A stretch of DNA of 64,000 bases from Candidatus Dormiibacterota bacterium (GTDB lineage: Bacteria; Chloroflexota; Dormibacteria; Aeolococcales; Aeolococcaceae). Shown here one piece after another: positions 10,087 through 18,674 of this stretch. Under the pieces are notes generated by a model. It worked only from the letters and a program-made list of their open reading frames with translations, was not told the DNA's origin and searched no databases. Each line of letters starts with the position of its first letter. Positions within the stretch are counted from its first letter, which is position 1. The DNA lies in contig CAVQLW010000001.1 of assembly GCA_963713485.1 (NCBI GenBank), positions 15,834 through 79,833 on the forward strand, read 5' to 3'. A program made the position numbers and the translations under genes.

Positions 10087-10656
10087 ATGACCCCCACAGC
10101 CGCCGGCGAGCGTCACACCGCCGCGGAGCGCCGAGAGCAGATCCTCGAGGCCGCGGTCCAGGTGTTCGCGGAGCGCGGGTATGAGGGCGCGTCGACCGAC
10201 GTGATCGCGCAGCATGCGGGGATCTCGCAGCCGTACCTGTTCCGGCTCTTCGGCACCAAGCGTGACCTGATCGTGGCGACGGTCCAGCGGTGCTTCGCCG
10301 ACACGGAGGCATTGTTCACTCGCGCGGCTGACGGCCTGTCGGGTGATGCGGCACTCGACGCCATGGGCGACGCCTATGTGGAGGAGATCCGGCGGAGCCC
10401 GATGAAGTTGCGCGCGCAGCTGCACTCGTACGCGGCGTGCGATGACCCCGCGATCCGCGCGGTGGTCGCGGAGGGGTTCGGTGGACTGGTCCGGCTCGCA
10501 CGCCGGCTCACCGGCGTCGACTCCGCGAAGTTGAGCAGCTTTTTCGCGCAGGGCATGCTGCTCAACGTGCTGGCGATGATGGGTCAGGTCGACGAGCCGC
10601 AGGCGTGGGCGATGCAGCTCATCGAAGGCTGCACGCAGCAGCTGGGCATGGACTAG
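10087..10656 (+). CDS. TetR/AcrR family transcriptional regulator
   Basis: N-terminal HTH EQILEAAVQVFAERGYEGASTDVIAQHAGISQPYLFRLFGTKRDL; 189 aa. Confidence 0.9.
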   Translation: MTPTAAGERHTAAERREQILEAAVQVFAERGYEGASTDVIAQHAGISQPYLFRLFGTKRDLIVATVQRCFADTEALFTRAADGLSGDAALDAMGDAYVEEIRRSPMKLRAQLHSYAACDDPAIRAVVAEGFGGLVRLARRLTGVDSAKLSSFFAQGMLLNVLAMMGQVDEPQAWAMQLIEGCTQQLGMD

Positions 10657-10684
10657 GGATTCTCTTTTTTTGTCCCGTGAAGTG

Positions 10685-10698
10685 AGTGATTGATCACT
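10685..10698 (+). promoter_or_regulatory. Inverted repeat AGTGAT-TG-ATCACT upstream of the MFS gene (possible second TetR site)
   Basis: Lies in an AT-rich 67-nt spacer. Preceded by GTG, giving GTGAGTGAT, which shares the half-site GTGAGT with the 10062-10073 palindrome. Followed by RBS AAAGGAGG 10707-10714 and ATG 10724. Confidence 0.4.
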
Positions 10699-10723
10699 AC
10701 AAATCAAAAGGAGGCGCAATACC

Positions 10724-12139
10724 ATGGCTCGACGATCTCAGATCATCTGGACCTTTGCGATCACATCGCTGGGACTGTTCATGGTCACGCTCGACAACCT
10801 GGTCGTGACCACCGCACTCCCGGTGATCCGTCGCGACCTGCACGCGAACCTGTCCCAACTGGAGTGGACGGTGAACGCGTACACGCTCACGTTCGCGGTG
10901 CTGCTCCTCACGGGTGCTGCGCTCGGCGACCGGTTCGGCAGGCGGCGGATCTTCTCCATCGGCCTCGCGCTCTTCACGCTGGGATCCGCGGCGTCCGCGC
11001 TCGCGAACAGCCCCAGCATGCTGATCGCGTCGCGCGCCGTGCAGGGTGCGGGCGCCGCGATGGTGACACCATTGACACTAACGATCCTGAGCGCCGCGGT
11101 TCCCGCGAACCGTCGTGGCGTGGCCCTCGGCGCATGGGGTGGTATCGGCGGCCTCGCGGTCGCGGTCGGTCCGGTCGTCGGTGGCGCAATCGTGCAGGGC
11201 ATCAGCTGGCAGTGGATCTTCTGGCTCAACGTGCCGATCGGGCTCGCCCTGGCGCCGCTCGCACGGATCCGCCTGATGGAGACTCGTGGCGCTGACGGCC
11301 ATCTCGACCTCGGCGGCCTGGTCATCGCGAGCGCCGGCTTGTTCGCGATCGTGTGGGGCCTGGTGCGGGCGAATCAGCAGGGCTGGACGAGCCCGGAGAT
11401 CCTCGGAACCCTCGCCGCCGGCACCGCGATCATGGTTGCATTCGTCCTGTACGAGCTTCGCTCCAAGGCGCCGATGCTCCCGATCAGGTACTTCGGGAAC
11501 CGGACGTTCAGCAGTGCCAACGCCGCGTCGCTGTTCATGTTCTTCGGGATGTTCGGCAGCGTCTTCCTCCTTGCGCAGTTCTTCCAGACGGTGCAAGGAC
11601 TTTCGCCGCTCGACGCGGGTTTGCGCATCCTCCCGTGGACCGCGATGCCGATCATCGTCGCACCGACCGCGGGAGCACTCTCCGACCGCATCAACGGCCG
11701 CACACTCATGGCGATCGGGCTTGCGCTGCAGGGGATCGGGTTGCTCTGGATCGGCCACGTGACCACCCCGACCGCACCGTACTCCGACTTCATCATCCCG
11801 TTCATCCTCAGCGGTGTCGGCATGGGCATGTTCTTCGCACCGGTCGCCAACGTCGTGCTCAGCTCGGTGCGTCCGCACGAGGAGGGCAAGGCGTCGGGGG
11901 CGAACAACGCGATTCGCGAGCTCGGTGGTGTGCTCGGGGTCACCGTGCTCGCCTCGATCTTCGCCCACTGGGGTGGATACACCTCGGGAGCGTCGTTCGT
12001 CGCCGGTCTCACGCCGGCGATCACGGTCGGCGGCGTGGTGGTCATCGTCGGCGCGGCAGCCGCGACGCTCATCCCGGCGCGGCGGCGTGCCGTCACCATG
12101 GCCTCGGAGCCGATGTACGAAGAGGCTGCCGTCGCGTAA
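10724..12139 (+). CDS. MFS transporter, DHA2 (EmrB/QacA, 14-TMS) drug:H+ antiporter family
   Basis: 471 aa. LDNLVVTTALPVI, motif A GALGDRFGRRRIF, QGAGAAMVTPLTLTIL, WQWIFWLNVPIG. About 14 hydrophobic segments. Confidence 0.9.
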   Translation: MARRSQIIWTFAITSLGLFMVTLDNLVVTTALPVIRRDLHANLSQLEWTVNAYTLTFAVLLLTGAALGDRFGRRRIFSIGLALFTLGSAASALANSPSMLIASRAVQGAGAAMVTPLTLTILSAAVPANRRGVALGAWGGIGGLAVAVGPVVGGAIVQGISWQWIFWLNVPIGLALAPLARIRLMETRGADGHLDLGGLVIASAGLFAIVWGLVRANQQGWTSPEILGTLAAGTAIMVAFVLYELRSKAPMLPIRYFGNRTFSSANAASLFMFFGMFGSVFLLAQFFQTVQGLSPLDAGLRILPWTAMPIIVAPTAGALSDRINGRTLMAIGLALQGIGLLWIGHVTTPTAPYSDFIIPFILSGVGMGMFFAPVANVVLSSVRPHEEGKASGANNAIRELGGVLGVTVLASIFAHWGGYTSGASFVAGLTPAITVGGVVVIVGAAAATLIPARRRAVTMASEPMYEEAAVA

Positions 12140-12154
12140 GCGCGGCGAGGAGCG

Positions 12155-12211
12155 AGACCGGCGACCGCCGGCGCGTGGCGAGCACGCCACGGGCTGGTGG
12201 GTCGCCGGTCT
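12155..12211 (+). terminator. Nested GC-rich hairpin after the MFS gene (putative intrinsic terminator)
   Basis: AGACCGGCGACC (12155-12166) pairs with GGTCGCCGGTCT (12200-12211). An inner CGTGGCG/CGCCACG stem lies between them. Followed by TCGTGTGTCGTG (weak U tract). Confidence 0.4.
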
Positions 12212-12319
12212 TCGTGTGTCGTGGCCGAGGTGGACTCAGGCCGGCGTTGCCCAGGGGTCGTGTAGACTGTCAAGGCTTTGCCCTTGACACAGACGCGCTC
12301 CAGCAGTCCGCCGCCGCTG

Positions 12320-12604
12320 ATGTCTCGCGCGTGGCAGGAGCGGCTCCTCGACGTCTATGGCGCCCTGCTCACCGAGCACCAGCGTGAGGCGTGCCGGTTG
12401 CACCTCCACGAGGACTGGTCGTTCACGGAGCTCGCCGAGCACCTCGACTGCAGCCGGAGCGGCGCCCACGACCTGGTGCGTCGCGCGCTCGGACAGCTCG
12501 AGCACTACGAGGACCGTTTGGGCCACGCGGCCGAGCTTGATCGCCGCGACCGCCTCGAAGCCGACCTCATGGCGCGCCTCGCCGGCGCCGCGGTGACCGC
12601 CTGA
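12320..12604 (+). CDS. ylxM: YlxM/UPF0122 putative DNA-binding (sigma70 region 4-like) protein upstream of ffh
   Basis: MSRAWQERLLDVYGALLTEHQREACRLHLHEDWSFTELAEHLDCSRSGAHDLVRRA. Conserved position directly before ffh. The ORF-track start (TTG 12278) is less likely than ATG 12320. Confidence 0.75.
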   Translation: MSRAWQERLLDVYGALLTEHQREACRLHLHEDWSFTELAEHLDCSRSGAHDLVRRALGQLEHYEDRLGHAAELDRRDRLEADLMARLAGAAVTA

Positions 12605-12606
12605 CC

Positions 12607-13989
12607 ATGTTCGAAGCCCTGAGCGATCGCCTTGCCGCGGCCCTGCGCCGCTTCTCCGGGCGCGGCCGCCTCACCGCGGAGGACGTCGAGGTCGGCCTGC
12701 GCGAGGTACGGGTCGCGCTGCTCGAGGCGGACGTCAACTTCCGCGTCGCCCGAGCCTTCGTCGACCGGATCCGCGAGCGCGCGGTGGGCAGCGACGTCCT
12801 CGAGTCGCTGACCCCGGGCCAGCAGATCGTGAAGATCGTCAACGAGGAGCTGATCGCCCTCCTCGGCGGTGAGCAGCGGAAGATCCGGTATCAGCCGCAC
12901 CCACCCACCGTGCTGATGCTCGTCGGCCTCCAGGGCTCAGGAAAGACCACGACGGCGGCAAAGCTGGCCCTCGCGATCCGCCGCGACGGTCATCGCCCGA
13001 TGCTCGTGGCCGCGGACATCCGCCGCCCCGCCGCGGTCCAGCAGCTCCAGAAGCTGGGGCTCGACAACCAGATCCCGGTGACGACCCCCGACGGGAACAC
13101 CAAGGTCCCGCTGCTCTGCAAGCGGGGCGTCGCCGAAGCCCAGCGGCTCAACTGTGATGTCGTCATCCTCGACACCGCCGGACGGCTGCAGATCGACGAG
13201 CCGCTGCTCGACGAGTTGCGTGACATCCGGTCCACGATCACGGTGCACGAGACGATCCTCACCGTCGACGCGATGACCGGCCAGGAGGCGGTCAACGTCG
13301 CCAAGGGATTCGACGAGGCGGTCGACGTCGACGGCGTGATCCTCACCAAGCTCGACGGCGACGCCCGTGGCGGCGCGGCCCTGTCGATGCGCGAGAGCAT
13401 CGGCAAGCCGATCATGTACTGCGGCACAGGGGAGAAGGTCTCGGACCTCGAGCCGTTCGCGCCCGATCGGATGGCCTCGCGCATCCTCGGCATGGGTGAC
13501 GTCCTCACGCTGGTCGAGCGCGCCCAGGAGCAGTTCGACCAGAAGAAGGCCGAGGAGATGGTCGAGCGCTCGTTCGCCGGGCGTCTCACCATGGACGACT
13601 GGCTCGCCCAGCTTCGCCAGCTCCGCAGCATGGGATCGCTCGAAGGGGTGCTCGGCATGCTTCCCGGCGGGCGCAAGCTCATGCAGCAGGCGGGCGCGGC
13701 GATGCCCTCGGAGCAGGACCTCGGTCGCATGGAGGCGATCGTGCTGTCGATGACCCTGCAGGAACGGCGTCACCCGGAGCTCATCAAGGGCTCGCGGCGC
13801 AAGCGGATCGCCGCCGGCAGCGGGACGAACATCGCCGACGTCAACCGTCTGCTCAAGGGCTTCGAGCAGATGCAGGGCATGTTCAAGAGCCTTGGCGGCA
13901 AGGGGACCAAGGGCGTCCGCGGCAAGGCGCGGATGCTCCGGCAGTTGAAGAACATCGATCCAACGCAACTCGGACAAGCAGGATTCTGA
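12607..13989 (+). CDS. ffh: Signal recognition particle protein Ffh
   Basis: MFEALSDRL..., [37 protein letters not shown]. Met-rich M domain follows. Confidence 0.97.
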   Translation: MFEALSDRLAAALRRFSGRGRLTAEDVEVGLREVRVALLEADVNFRVARAFVDRIRERAVGSDVLESLTPGQQIVKIVNEELIALLGGEQRKIRYQPHPPTVLMLVGLQGSGKTTTAAKLALAIRRDGHRPMLVAADIRRPAAVQQLQKLGLDNQIPVTTPDGNTKVPLLCKRGVAEAQRLNCDVVILDTAGRLQIDEPLLDELRDIRSTITVHETILTVDAMTGQEAVNVAKGFDEAVDVDGVILTKLDGDARGGAALSMRESIGKPIMYCGTGEKVSDLEPFAPDRMASRILGMGDVLTLVERAQEQFDQKKAEEMVERSFAGRLTMDDWLAQLRQLRSMGSLEGVLGMLPGGRKLMQQAGAAMPSEQDLGRMEAIVLSMTLQERRHPELIKGSRRKRIAAGSGTNIADVNRLLKGFEQMQGMFKSLGGKGTKGVRGKARMLRQLKNIDPTQLGQAGF

Positions 13990-14002
13990 AAGGAGCACAC
14001 CA

Positions 14003-14501
14003 GTGGTCAAGATCAGGTTGAAGCGGATGGGCACCACCAAGCGTCCGGTGTACCGGCTGGTGGTGGCGGATTCGCGCAGCCCACGCGACGGCAGGTTCAT
14101 CGAGTTCGATCGGCTTCTACGATCCGCTCCCCAATCCCGCCGTCGTCAGCATCGACACCGAGCGCGTCCAGCTGTGGCTGCGCCGCGGCGCCCGCCCCAG
14201 CGACAGCGCCCGCCAGCTCCTGGTGAAAGAGGGCATCCTCAAAGCCCGCCCCTTCAAGGCCACGCCGAAGACCGAGGCGGTAGCAGAGGAGCCGGCCAAA
14301 CCCCCGAAGAATGGAGCGGCCGCCGAAGCGCCAAGCGGGGCGCGTGCATCGGGCGCGACGGAAGCGGGTGACGTCGCGGGGGGCAGCGCGGCGGCGACTG
14401 AAAAGGAGCCGACGGGAGGGGCCCCCGCGACGGCAGGACCCGCGACAGCTGAGCCCGCTAGCACCGAGCCGGTTGAAGGCGCGGAGGAGCCAGCGGAATG
14501 A
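14003..14501 (+). CDS. rpsP: 30S ribosomal protein S16 with long Ala/Glu/Pro-rich C-terminal tail; one +1 frame break
   Basis: [34 protein letters not shown], then after TT 14105-14106 the +1 frame gives [46 protein letters not shown].... Stop 14499-14501. Confidence 0.9.
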
Positions 14502-14743
14502 CCGATTATGCGGATCTGACCAAGTTCATTGCCGAGCGGATCGTGTCGAACCCAGCGTCGGTCAGCGTCGAGTCGCGGCCGCGCGGGCGGAGCACCATCG
14601 TCACCCTCCACGTCGCCGAGGAGGACATGGGCAAGCTCATCGGCAAGACCGGTCGCAACATCGAGGCGGTCCGCGCGGTGGTGCGCGCAGCTGGACTGCG
14701 CCATCACCAGCGGGTGCAGGTGGAGCTCAAAGACCTGCGATGA
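14498..14743 (+). CDS. KH-domain RNA-binding protein (UPF0109, YlqC-like)
   Basis: 81 aa with GKLIGKTGRNIEAVRAVV (GxxG KH motif). ATGA overlap with the rpsP stop. Confidence 0.85.
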   Translation: MTDYADLTKFIAERIVSNPASVSVESRPRGRSTIVTLHVAEEDMGKLIGKTGRNIEAVRAVVRAAGLRHHQRVQVELKDLR

Positions 14744-15267
14744 CCCCGGCCGCCCGTCCACTCGCACCCGCTCGGCTCCGTGCAGCGCAGGTGCTCCGCG
14801 CGCACGGCGTGCGCGGTGAGGTGCGAGCGGAGCCGTGCGGCGGCGACTGGAGCCGCTTCACTCCGGGCCTGCGCCTCGAGACGGAAGACGGATCGAGAGC
14901 GCTCACCGTCCGGTCCTCGCGCGCCGGCGCGGGCGGCGCCGTCCTGCTCGGTTTCAAGGAGGTGACCGACCCGGTGGCCGCCGACCTGCTCCGCGGCACC
15001 TACCTCTGCGTCGCGGTCGATGCGGCGCGCCCGCTGCCGCAAGGCGAGTGGTTCGTCTGGCAGCTGATCGGCCTGCGGGTGCGCGACACGGCCGGCTCCG
15101 ATGTGGGGGTCGTGGACGACGTCGAGTCAGGCGTCGGCAACGACGTCCTGGTGATCCGCGCCGGCAGCACGGTCCACCGCCTCCCCATGGTGCGCGACTA
15201 CGTCACGTCCGTCGACCTCGAGGGCGGAATCCTCACGGTGGCGCCGTGGCGCGAGGAGAGCGTGTGA
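14740..15267 (+). CDS. rimM: Ribosome maturation factor RimM
   Basis: LRAAQVLRAHGVRGEVRAE..., PRC barrel ...GEWFVWQLIGLRVRDTAG..VGVVDDV.. ATGA overlap with the KH gene. Confidence 0.9.
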   Translation: MTPAARPLAPARLRAAQVLRAHGVRGEVRAEPCGGDWSRFTPGLRLETEDGSRALTVRSSRAGAGGAVLLGFKEVTDPVAADLLRGTYLCVAVDAARPLPQGEWFVWQLIGLRVRDTAGSDVGVVDDVESGVGNDVLVIRAGSTVHRLPMVRDYVTSVDLEGGILTVAPWREESV

Positions 15268-15974
15268 TCAGATTCCACGTCCTCACGATCTTTCCTGAGG
15301 TCTTCCCAGGCCCGCTGGGCATCGGGGTCATCGGCCGCGCGATCAACGCCGGCGACGTCGAGATCCTGGTGCACGACCTGCGCGACCACACCGAGGGCCG
15401 GCACCGGCAGGTCGATGACGAGCCCTTCGGCGGCGGCGCAGGGATGGTGCTCAAGCCCGAGCCGTTGATCCGCGCGGTCCGGGCACTTCGCGACGCGGAG
15501 CCCGGTCTCCGATCGATCCTCCTCTCACCGCAGGGGCGGCGCTTCGACCAGGGCGTCGCCGGCGAGCTCGCCGGGGAAGCGTCCGTGCTCCTGGTCTGCG
15601 GCCGCTATCAGGGCGTCGACCAGCGCGCTCGCGACGAGATCGGGGAGGAGCTGTCCGTCGGCGACTATGTCCTCAGCGGTGGTGAGATTGCCGCGATGGC
15701 GGTCATCGAGGCGACGGCGCGCCTCGTGGCCGGGGTCGTCGGCTCCCCGGAGTTCCTCGGCGACGAGACCTTCTCCGAAGGCGCCGCCGGCGGTTTCGAG
15801 GCCCCGCTGTACACCCGGCCGGCGGAGTTCGAGGGCCGCATCGTCCCCGCGGTGCTCCGCGGCGGCGATCATGCTGCGATACAGGCGTGGCGGCGCGACG
15901 AGCGCACGCGAAGAACCGGGCTGCGCCGCCCTGATCTGATACGGTCTGCGCCGAGGCCCGGAGGAACAACGTGA
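15264..15974 (+). CDS. trmD: tRNA (guanine37-N1)-methyltransferase TrmD
   Basis: [19 protein letters not shown]..., [42 protein letters not shown] start overlaps the rimM stop. Confidence 0.95.
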   Translation: MIRFHVLTIFPEVFPGPLGIGVIGRAINAGDVEILVHDLRDHTEGRHRQVDDEPFGGGAGMVLKPEPLIRAVRALRDAEPGLRSILLSPQGRRFDQGVAGELAGEASVLLVCGRYQGVDQRARDEIGEELSVGDYVLSGGEIAAMAVIEATARLVAGVVGSPEFLGDETFSEGAAGGFEAPLYTRPAEFEGRIVPAVLRGGDHAAIQAWRRDERTRRTGLRRPDLIRSAPRPGGTT

Positions 15975-16504
15975 ATGTCATCGATCTGCTCAAGCGCGAG
16001 CAGGAAAAGCCGCAAGTCCCCGTCCTGCGTTCAGGCGACACGGTGCGCGTGCACGTGAAAGTCGTCGAGGGAACGCGCGAGCGCCTGCAGGTGTTCGAGG
16101 GCGTCGTGATCTCCGTCAAGGGCAAGACCGGGCTGTCGACCAGCTTCACGGTCCGCCGTGTGTCGCACGGGGTCGGGGTCGAGCGCACATTCCTCGTCCA
16201 CGCGCCGCGCATCGACCGCATCGAGGTGCTTCGTCACGGGCAGGTGCGGAGAGCCAAGCTCTTCTATCTCCGTGAGAAGGTCGGCCGCCATGCGCGCATC
16301 CGTGAGCGGCGTCACCCGGTCGGCGGTCCCGAGATGACGCTCCTGCGCAGCGAGCCCGAGGCTCTGGCGACGGGGGAGGCGGAGCCGGAGGAGCTCCCGG
16401 TCGACGAGGCCGAGTCCACCGACGCTGAAGCAGCCGCGTTGATCGCGGAAGCGGACGACACCGAGGTCGATGACGCGACCCCGGAGAGCGACGGCGGAGC
16501 GTAG
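15971..16504 (+). CDS. rplS: 50S ribosomal protein L19 with acidic C-terminal extension
   Basis: [73 protein letters not shown]. About 55 extra acidic residues at the C-terminus. Confidence 0.95.
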   Translation: MNVIDLLKREQEKPQVPVLRSGDTVRVHVKVVEGTRERLQVFEGVVISVKGKTGLSTSFTVRRVSHGVGVERTFLVHAPRIDRIEVLRHGQVRRAKLFYLREKVGRHARIRERRHPVGGPEMTLLRSEPEALATGEAEPEELPVDEAESTDAEAAALIAEADDTEVDDATPESDGGA

Positions 16505-16910
16505 CGGGGGGCCGCGCACCCCCGAGCAACTTCCTCCGGCCCGACCACTCAAGGACCGGGTCGGTCATGCCGGTGAGGCGGCGGCGCTCGCGTATCTCAA
16601 GGAGCAGGGCTTCCGCATCCTCGCGCGTGACTGGCGCTGCCGTCTCGGGCAGATCGACATCGTGGCGGAGGACGGCGACACCCTCGTATTGATCGAGGTG
16701 AAGGCGCGCCGCGGCACGGGTTTCGGCACGCCTGAAGAGGCGGTCGACGAGCGCAAGCAACGCAAGCTCCGGATGCTCCTCGAGGTGTACCGCAGCCAGA
16801 CCCATCGCACGAAACAGCCGTGCCGCATCGACGTCATCGGTCTGCTGATGGACGGCGCGCTCACGGTGACCAAGACCGAGCACATCCGGGACGCGGTCCA
16901 GCAGGACTGA
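16470..16910 (+). CDS. yraN: YraN family (UPF0102) endonuclease-like protein
   Basis: [63 protein letters not shown]. Start uncertain: the only in-frame start overlaps rplS by 35 nt. Confidence 0.8.
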   Translation: MTRPRRATAERSGGPRTPEQLPPARPLKDRVGHAGEAAALAYLKEQGFRILARDWRCRLGQIDIVAEDGDTLVLIEVKARRGTGFGTPEEAVDERKQRKLRMLLEVYRSQTHRTKQPCRIDVIGLLMDGALTVTKTEHIRDAVQQD

Positions 16911-16978
16911 GTCGAGCTCTCAGTGGCTGTGGATCGCCAGCACTGAGATGCGGCGGCCGTCATACGAATGGACCCCGC

Positions 16979-17021
16979 TTGCCTGATTGATATGTGCGCT
17001 TATAATATGCGCGCATATTAT
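16979..17021 (+). promoter_or_regulatory. Promoter-like TTGCCT-16-TATAAT overlapped by a perfect 20-bp palindrome (putative MarR operator)
   Basis: -35 TTGCCT 16979-16984; -10 TATAAT 17001-17006. Palindrome ATAATATGCGCGCATATTAT 17002-17021. A further ATATGTGCGC copy at 16990-16999. RBS AGGAG 17039-17043 precedes ATG 17051. Confidence 0.5.
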
Positions 17022-17050
17022 CTAGCGAACAGCAACGCAGGAGCGCCGCC

Positions 17051-17464
17051 ATGTGGACCCACGAGCACACAGCCGAGACGGATGCCACGCCCGAACAGAT
17101 CTGGGCAGTCCTCTCGGATATTGACCACTGGACCGCCTGGGACACATCGATGGCGGCGATCGCCCTCGAAGGCCCGTTCGCGGTGGGTTCGACGATCTCG
17201 ATGACTCCGAGCGGTCAGGAAGCGATCAGGTCGACGATCGTCGAGATCCGCGAGAACGAGCGATACGCGGATGAGACGGAGTTCGGCGACGTGGTGCTGC
17301 GGTTCAGTCACACGCTGAGCGCGCTCGGCGGCGGTACTCGCATCGTTCACCGCCTCGAGATCTCCGGACCCGCAGCGGACCAGGCCGGCCCCCAGATCGG
17401 GCCATCGATCGTCGAGGACTTCCCCGAGGCGATGAGCGGTCTGATCGCGTACGCAAAGCGGTGA
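17051..17464 (+). CDS. SRPBCC (START/polyketide cyclase-like) superfamily protein
   Basis: 137 aa; MWTHEHTAETDATPEQIWAVLSDIDHWTAWD is typical of the SRPBCC N-terminus. Confidence 0.75.
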   Translation: MWTHEHTAETDATPEQIWAVLSDIDHWTAWDTSMAAIALEGPFAVGSTISMTPSGQEAIRSTIVEIRENERYADETEFGDVVLRFSHTLSALGGGTRIVHRLEISGPAADQAGPQIGPSIVEDFPEAMSGLIAYAKR

Positions 17465-17898
17465 CACGATTTCCGCAGGGCCCGGGAACGAGCCCCGGGT
17501 TCCTCCTCTGGCATGTGACCTTGCGCTGGCAGCGGGCGATGACGGCCGCGCTTGCGCCGCTCGACATCACGCACGTGCAGTTCGTGCTGCTCGCCTGCAC
17601 GTGGTGGCTCACGGAACGTGGCGATGCTCCGAACCAGCTCGCCGTCGCCGCGCAGGCCGGGACCGACCCGCAGATGACCTCGCAGGTGGTGCGGAGACTC
17701 GAGGCGAAGGGACTGCTCGAGCGGCACGTGGATCCGCGGGACAGCCGTGCGCGCACCGTGGTTCCGACACGACGAGGGATCGCCTTGACGCGCAAGGCGA
17801 TCGCCGCGGTGGAGGACGCCGACGAGACGTTCTTCGCCGCGGCGATGAGTCCGGCCCTACTCCGGACGCTGACGCAACTCGCGCGTCAGCCGGGCTGA
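17461..17898 (+). CDS. MarR family transcriptional regulator
   Basis: Winged HTH ...QFVLLACTWWLTERGDAPNQLAVAAQAGTDPQMTSQVVRRLEAKGLLERHVDPRDSRARTVVPTRRG. GTGA overlap with the SRPBCC gene. Confidence 0.85.
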   Translation: MTRFPQGPGTSPGFLLWHVTLRWQRAMTAALAPLDITHVQFVLLACTWWLTERGDAPNQLAVAAQAGTDPQMTSQVVRRLEAKGLLERHVDPRDSRARTVVPTRRGIALTRKAIAAVEDADETFFAAAMSPALLRTLTQLARQPG

Positions 17899-17911
17899 CC
17901 CGGAGCCCGCG

Positions 17912-18125
17912 CTACTCGCTCTCGTATTTGAAGGAGACGTTGAGGCGGGTGCGGAACCGAGCGACCTTGCCGTTCTCGACGGTGAGGTCGAGCTTGACCA
18001 CCTCCGCAACGCGCAGATCCCGCAGCGACGACGAGGCGGTTTCGATGGCGACCTGGGCGGCCTTCTCCCAGGAACTCGGCACTGGTTCCGACCAACTCGG
18101 TGACGCGATAGACGCTCTCTGCCAT
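17912..18125 (-). CDS. Dodecin family flavin-binding protein; one +1 frame break
   Basis: MAESVYRVTELVGTSAE (ORF 17886-18125) continues in the next frame as SWEKAAQVAIETASSSLRDLRVAEVVKLDLTVENGKVARFRTRLNVSFKYESE* (ORF 17912-18160). Break at plus-strand AA 18074-18075. Confidence 0.75.
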
Positions 18126-18264
18126 GACGGTTCTCCTGGACCGGTTGCGAGGGCTGCCATTCTCGCGAATCCACGTCGCGTGCCGTCAGCGATGTGCGAT
18201 CAGCCTCGGAGCCGGCACAGCATCGATGAGCGGGCGGGTGATCGCCTCCGGCGGGCGACCAACT

Positions 18265-18621
18265 TCAGCCGCCCGGCGCTGATCGGAGGACGCAGAACTC
18301 ATTGCCCTCTGGATCGGCCATGACCACCCAGGTCACGTCACCCTGGCCGATGTCGATCCGCCGCGCACCCAGCGAGATGAGGCGCTCGACCTCGGCGTCC
18401 TGATCGTCGGGGCGGAGATCGAGGTGGATGCGGTCCTTCACCGATTTGACCTCAGGCACCCGGCCGAAAAAGATCTGCGGGCAGCCGACGCCCAGCTCCA
18501 GCCAGCAGTCGCCTTCGTCATCGGGTCCGTGGAGCTCGACGCCGAGCGCCTCACTCCAGAAGGATGCGACCAGCAGTTCGTCCGCGCAGTCGATGACGAT
18601 CGAATCCCAGAGGAGCGACAT
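18265..18621 (-). CDS. VOC/glyoxalase-like domain protein
   Basis: 118 aa; ...VIDCADELLVASFWSEALGVEL....RIHLDLRPDD...EVERLISLGARRIDIGQGDVTWVVMADPEGNEFCV. Confidence 0.75.
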   Translation of the reverse strand: MSLLWDSIVIDCADELLVASFWSEALGVELHGPDDEGDCWLELGVGCPQIFFGRVPEVKSVKDRIHLDLRPDDQDAEVERLISLGARRIDIGQGDVTWVVMADPEGNEFCVLRSAPGG

Positions 18622-18674
18622 GCAGGGGACTCTAGAAGCGCGAGGACGGCCGACTGCCTGTTACACTGTCCTGT

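Noticed and set aside
12278-12319. TTG 12278 as the ylxM start (ORF-track start)
   Set aside because: The extra 14 residues (MPLTQTRSSSPPPL) fall inside the inverted repeat and promoter-like region. The conserved YlxM N-terminus begins at ATG 12320.
14096-14115. Programmed +1 frameshifting as an explanation for the rpsP, topA and alaS breaks
   Set aside because: There is no slippery or hungry-codon context like prfB, and no upstream SD-like stimulator. The same kind of break occurs in non-essential genes and in the unrelated left segment. Sequence error is far more parsimonious.
16919-16947. Hairpin CTCAGTG...CACTGAG after yraN as an intrinsic terminator
   Set aside because: It has only a 7-8 bp stem, a 15-nt loop and no downstream U tract. 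That is too weak to call.
10051-18674. TetR-MFS cassette and the SRPBCC/MarR/dodecin/VOC islet as mobile elements
   Set aside because: There is no integrase, transposase, tRNA target or flanking direct or inverted terminal repeats. They were treated as variable accessory slots instead.
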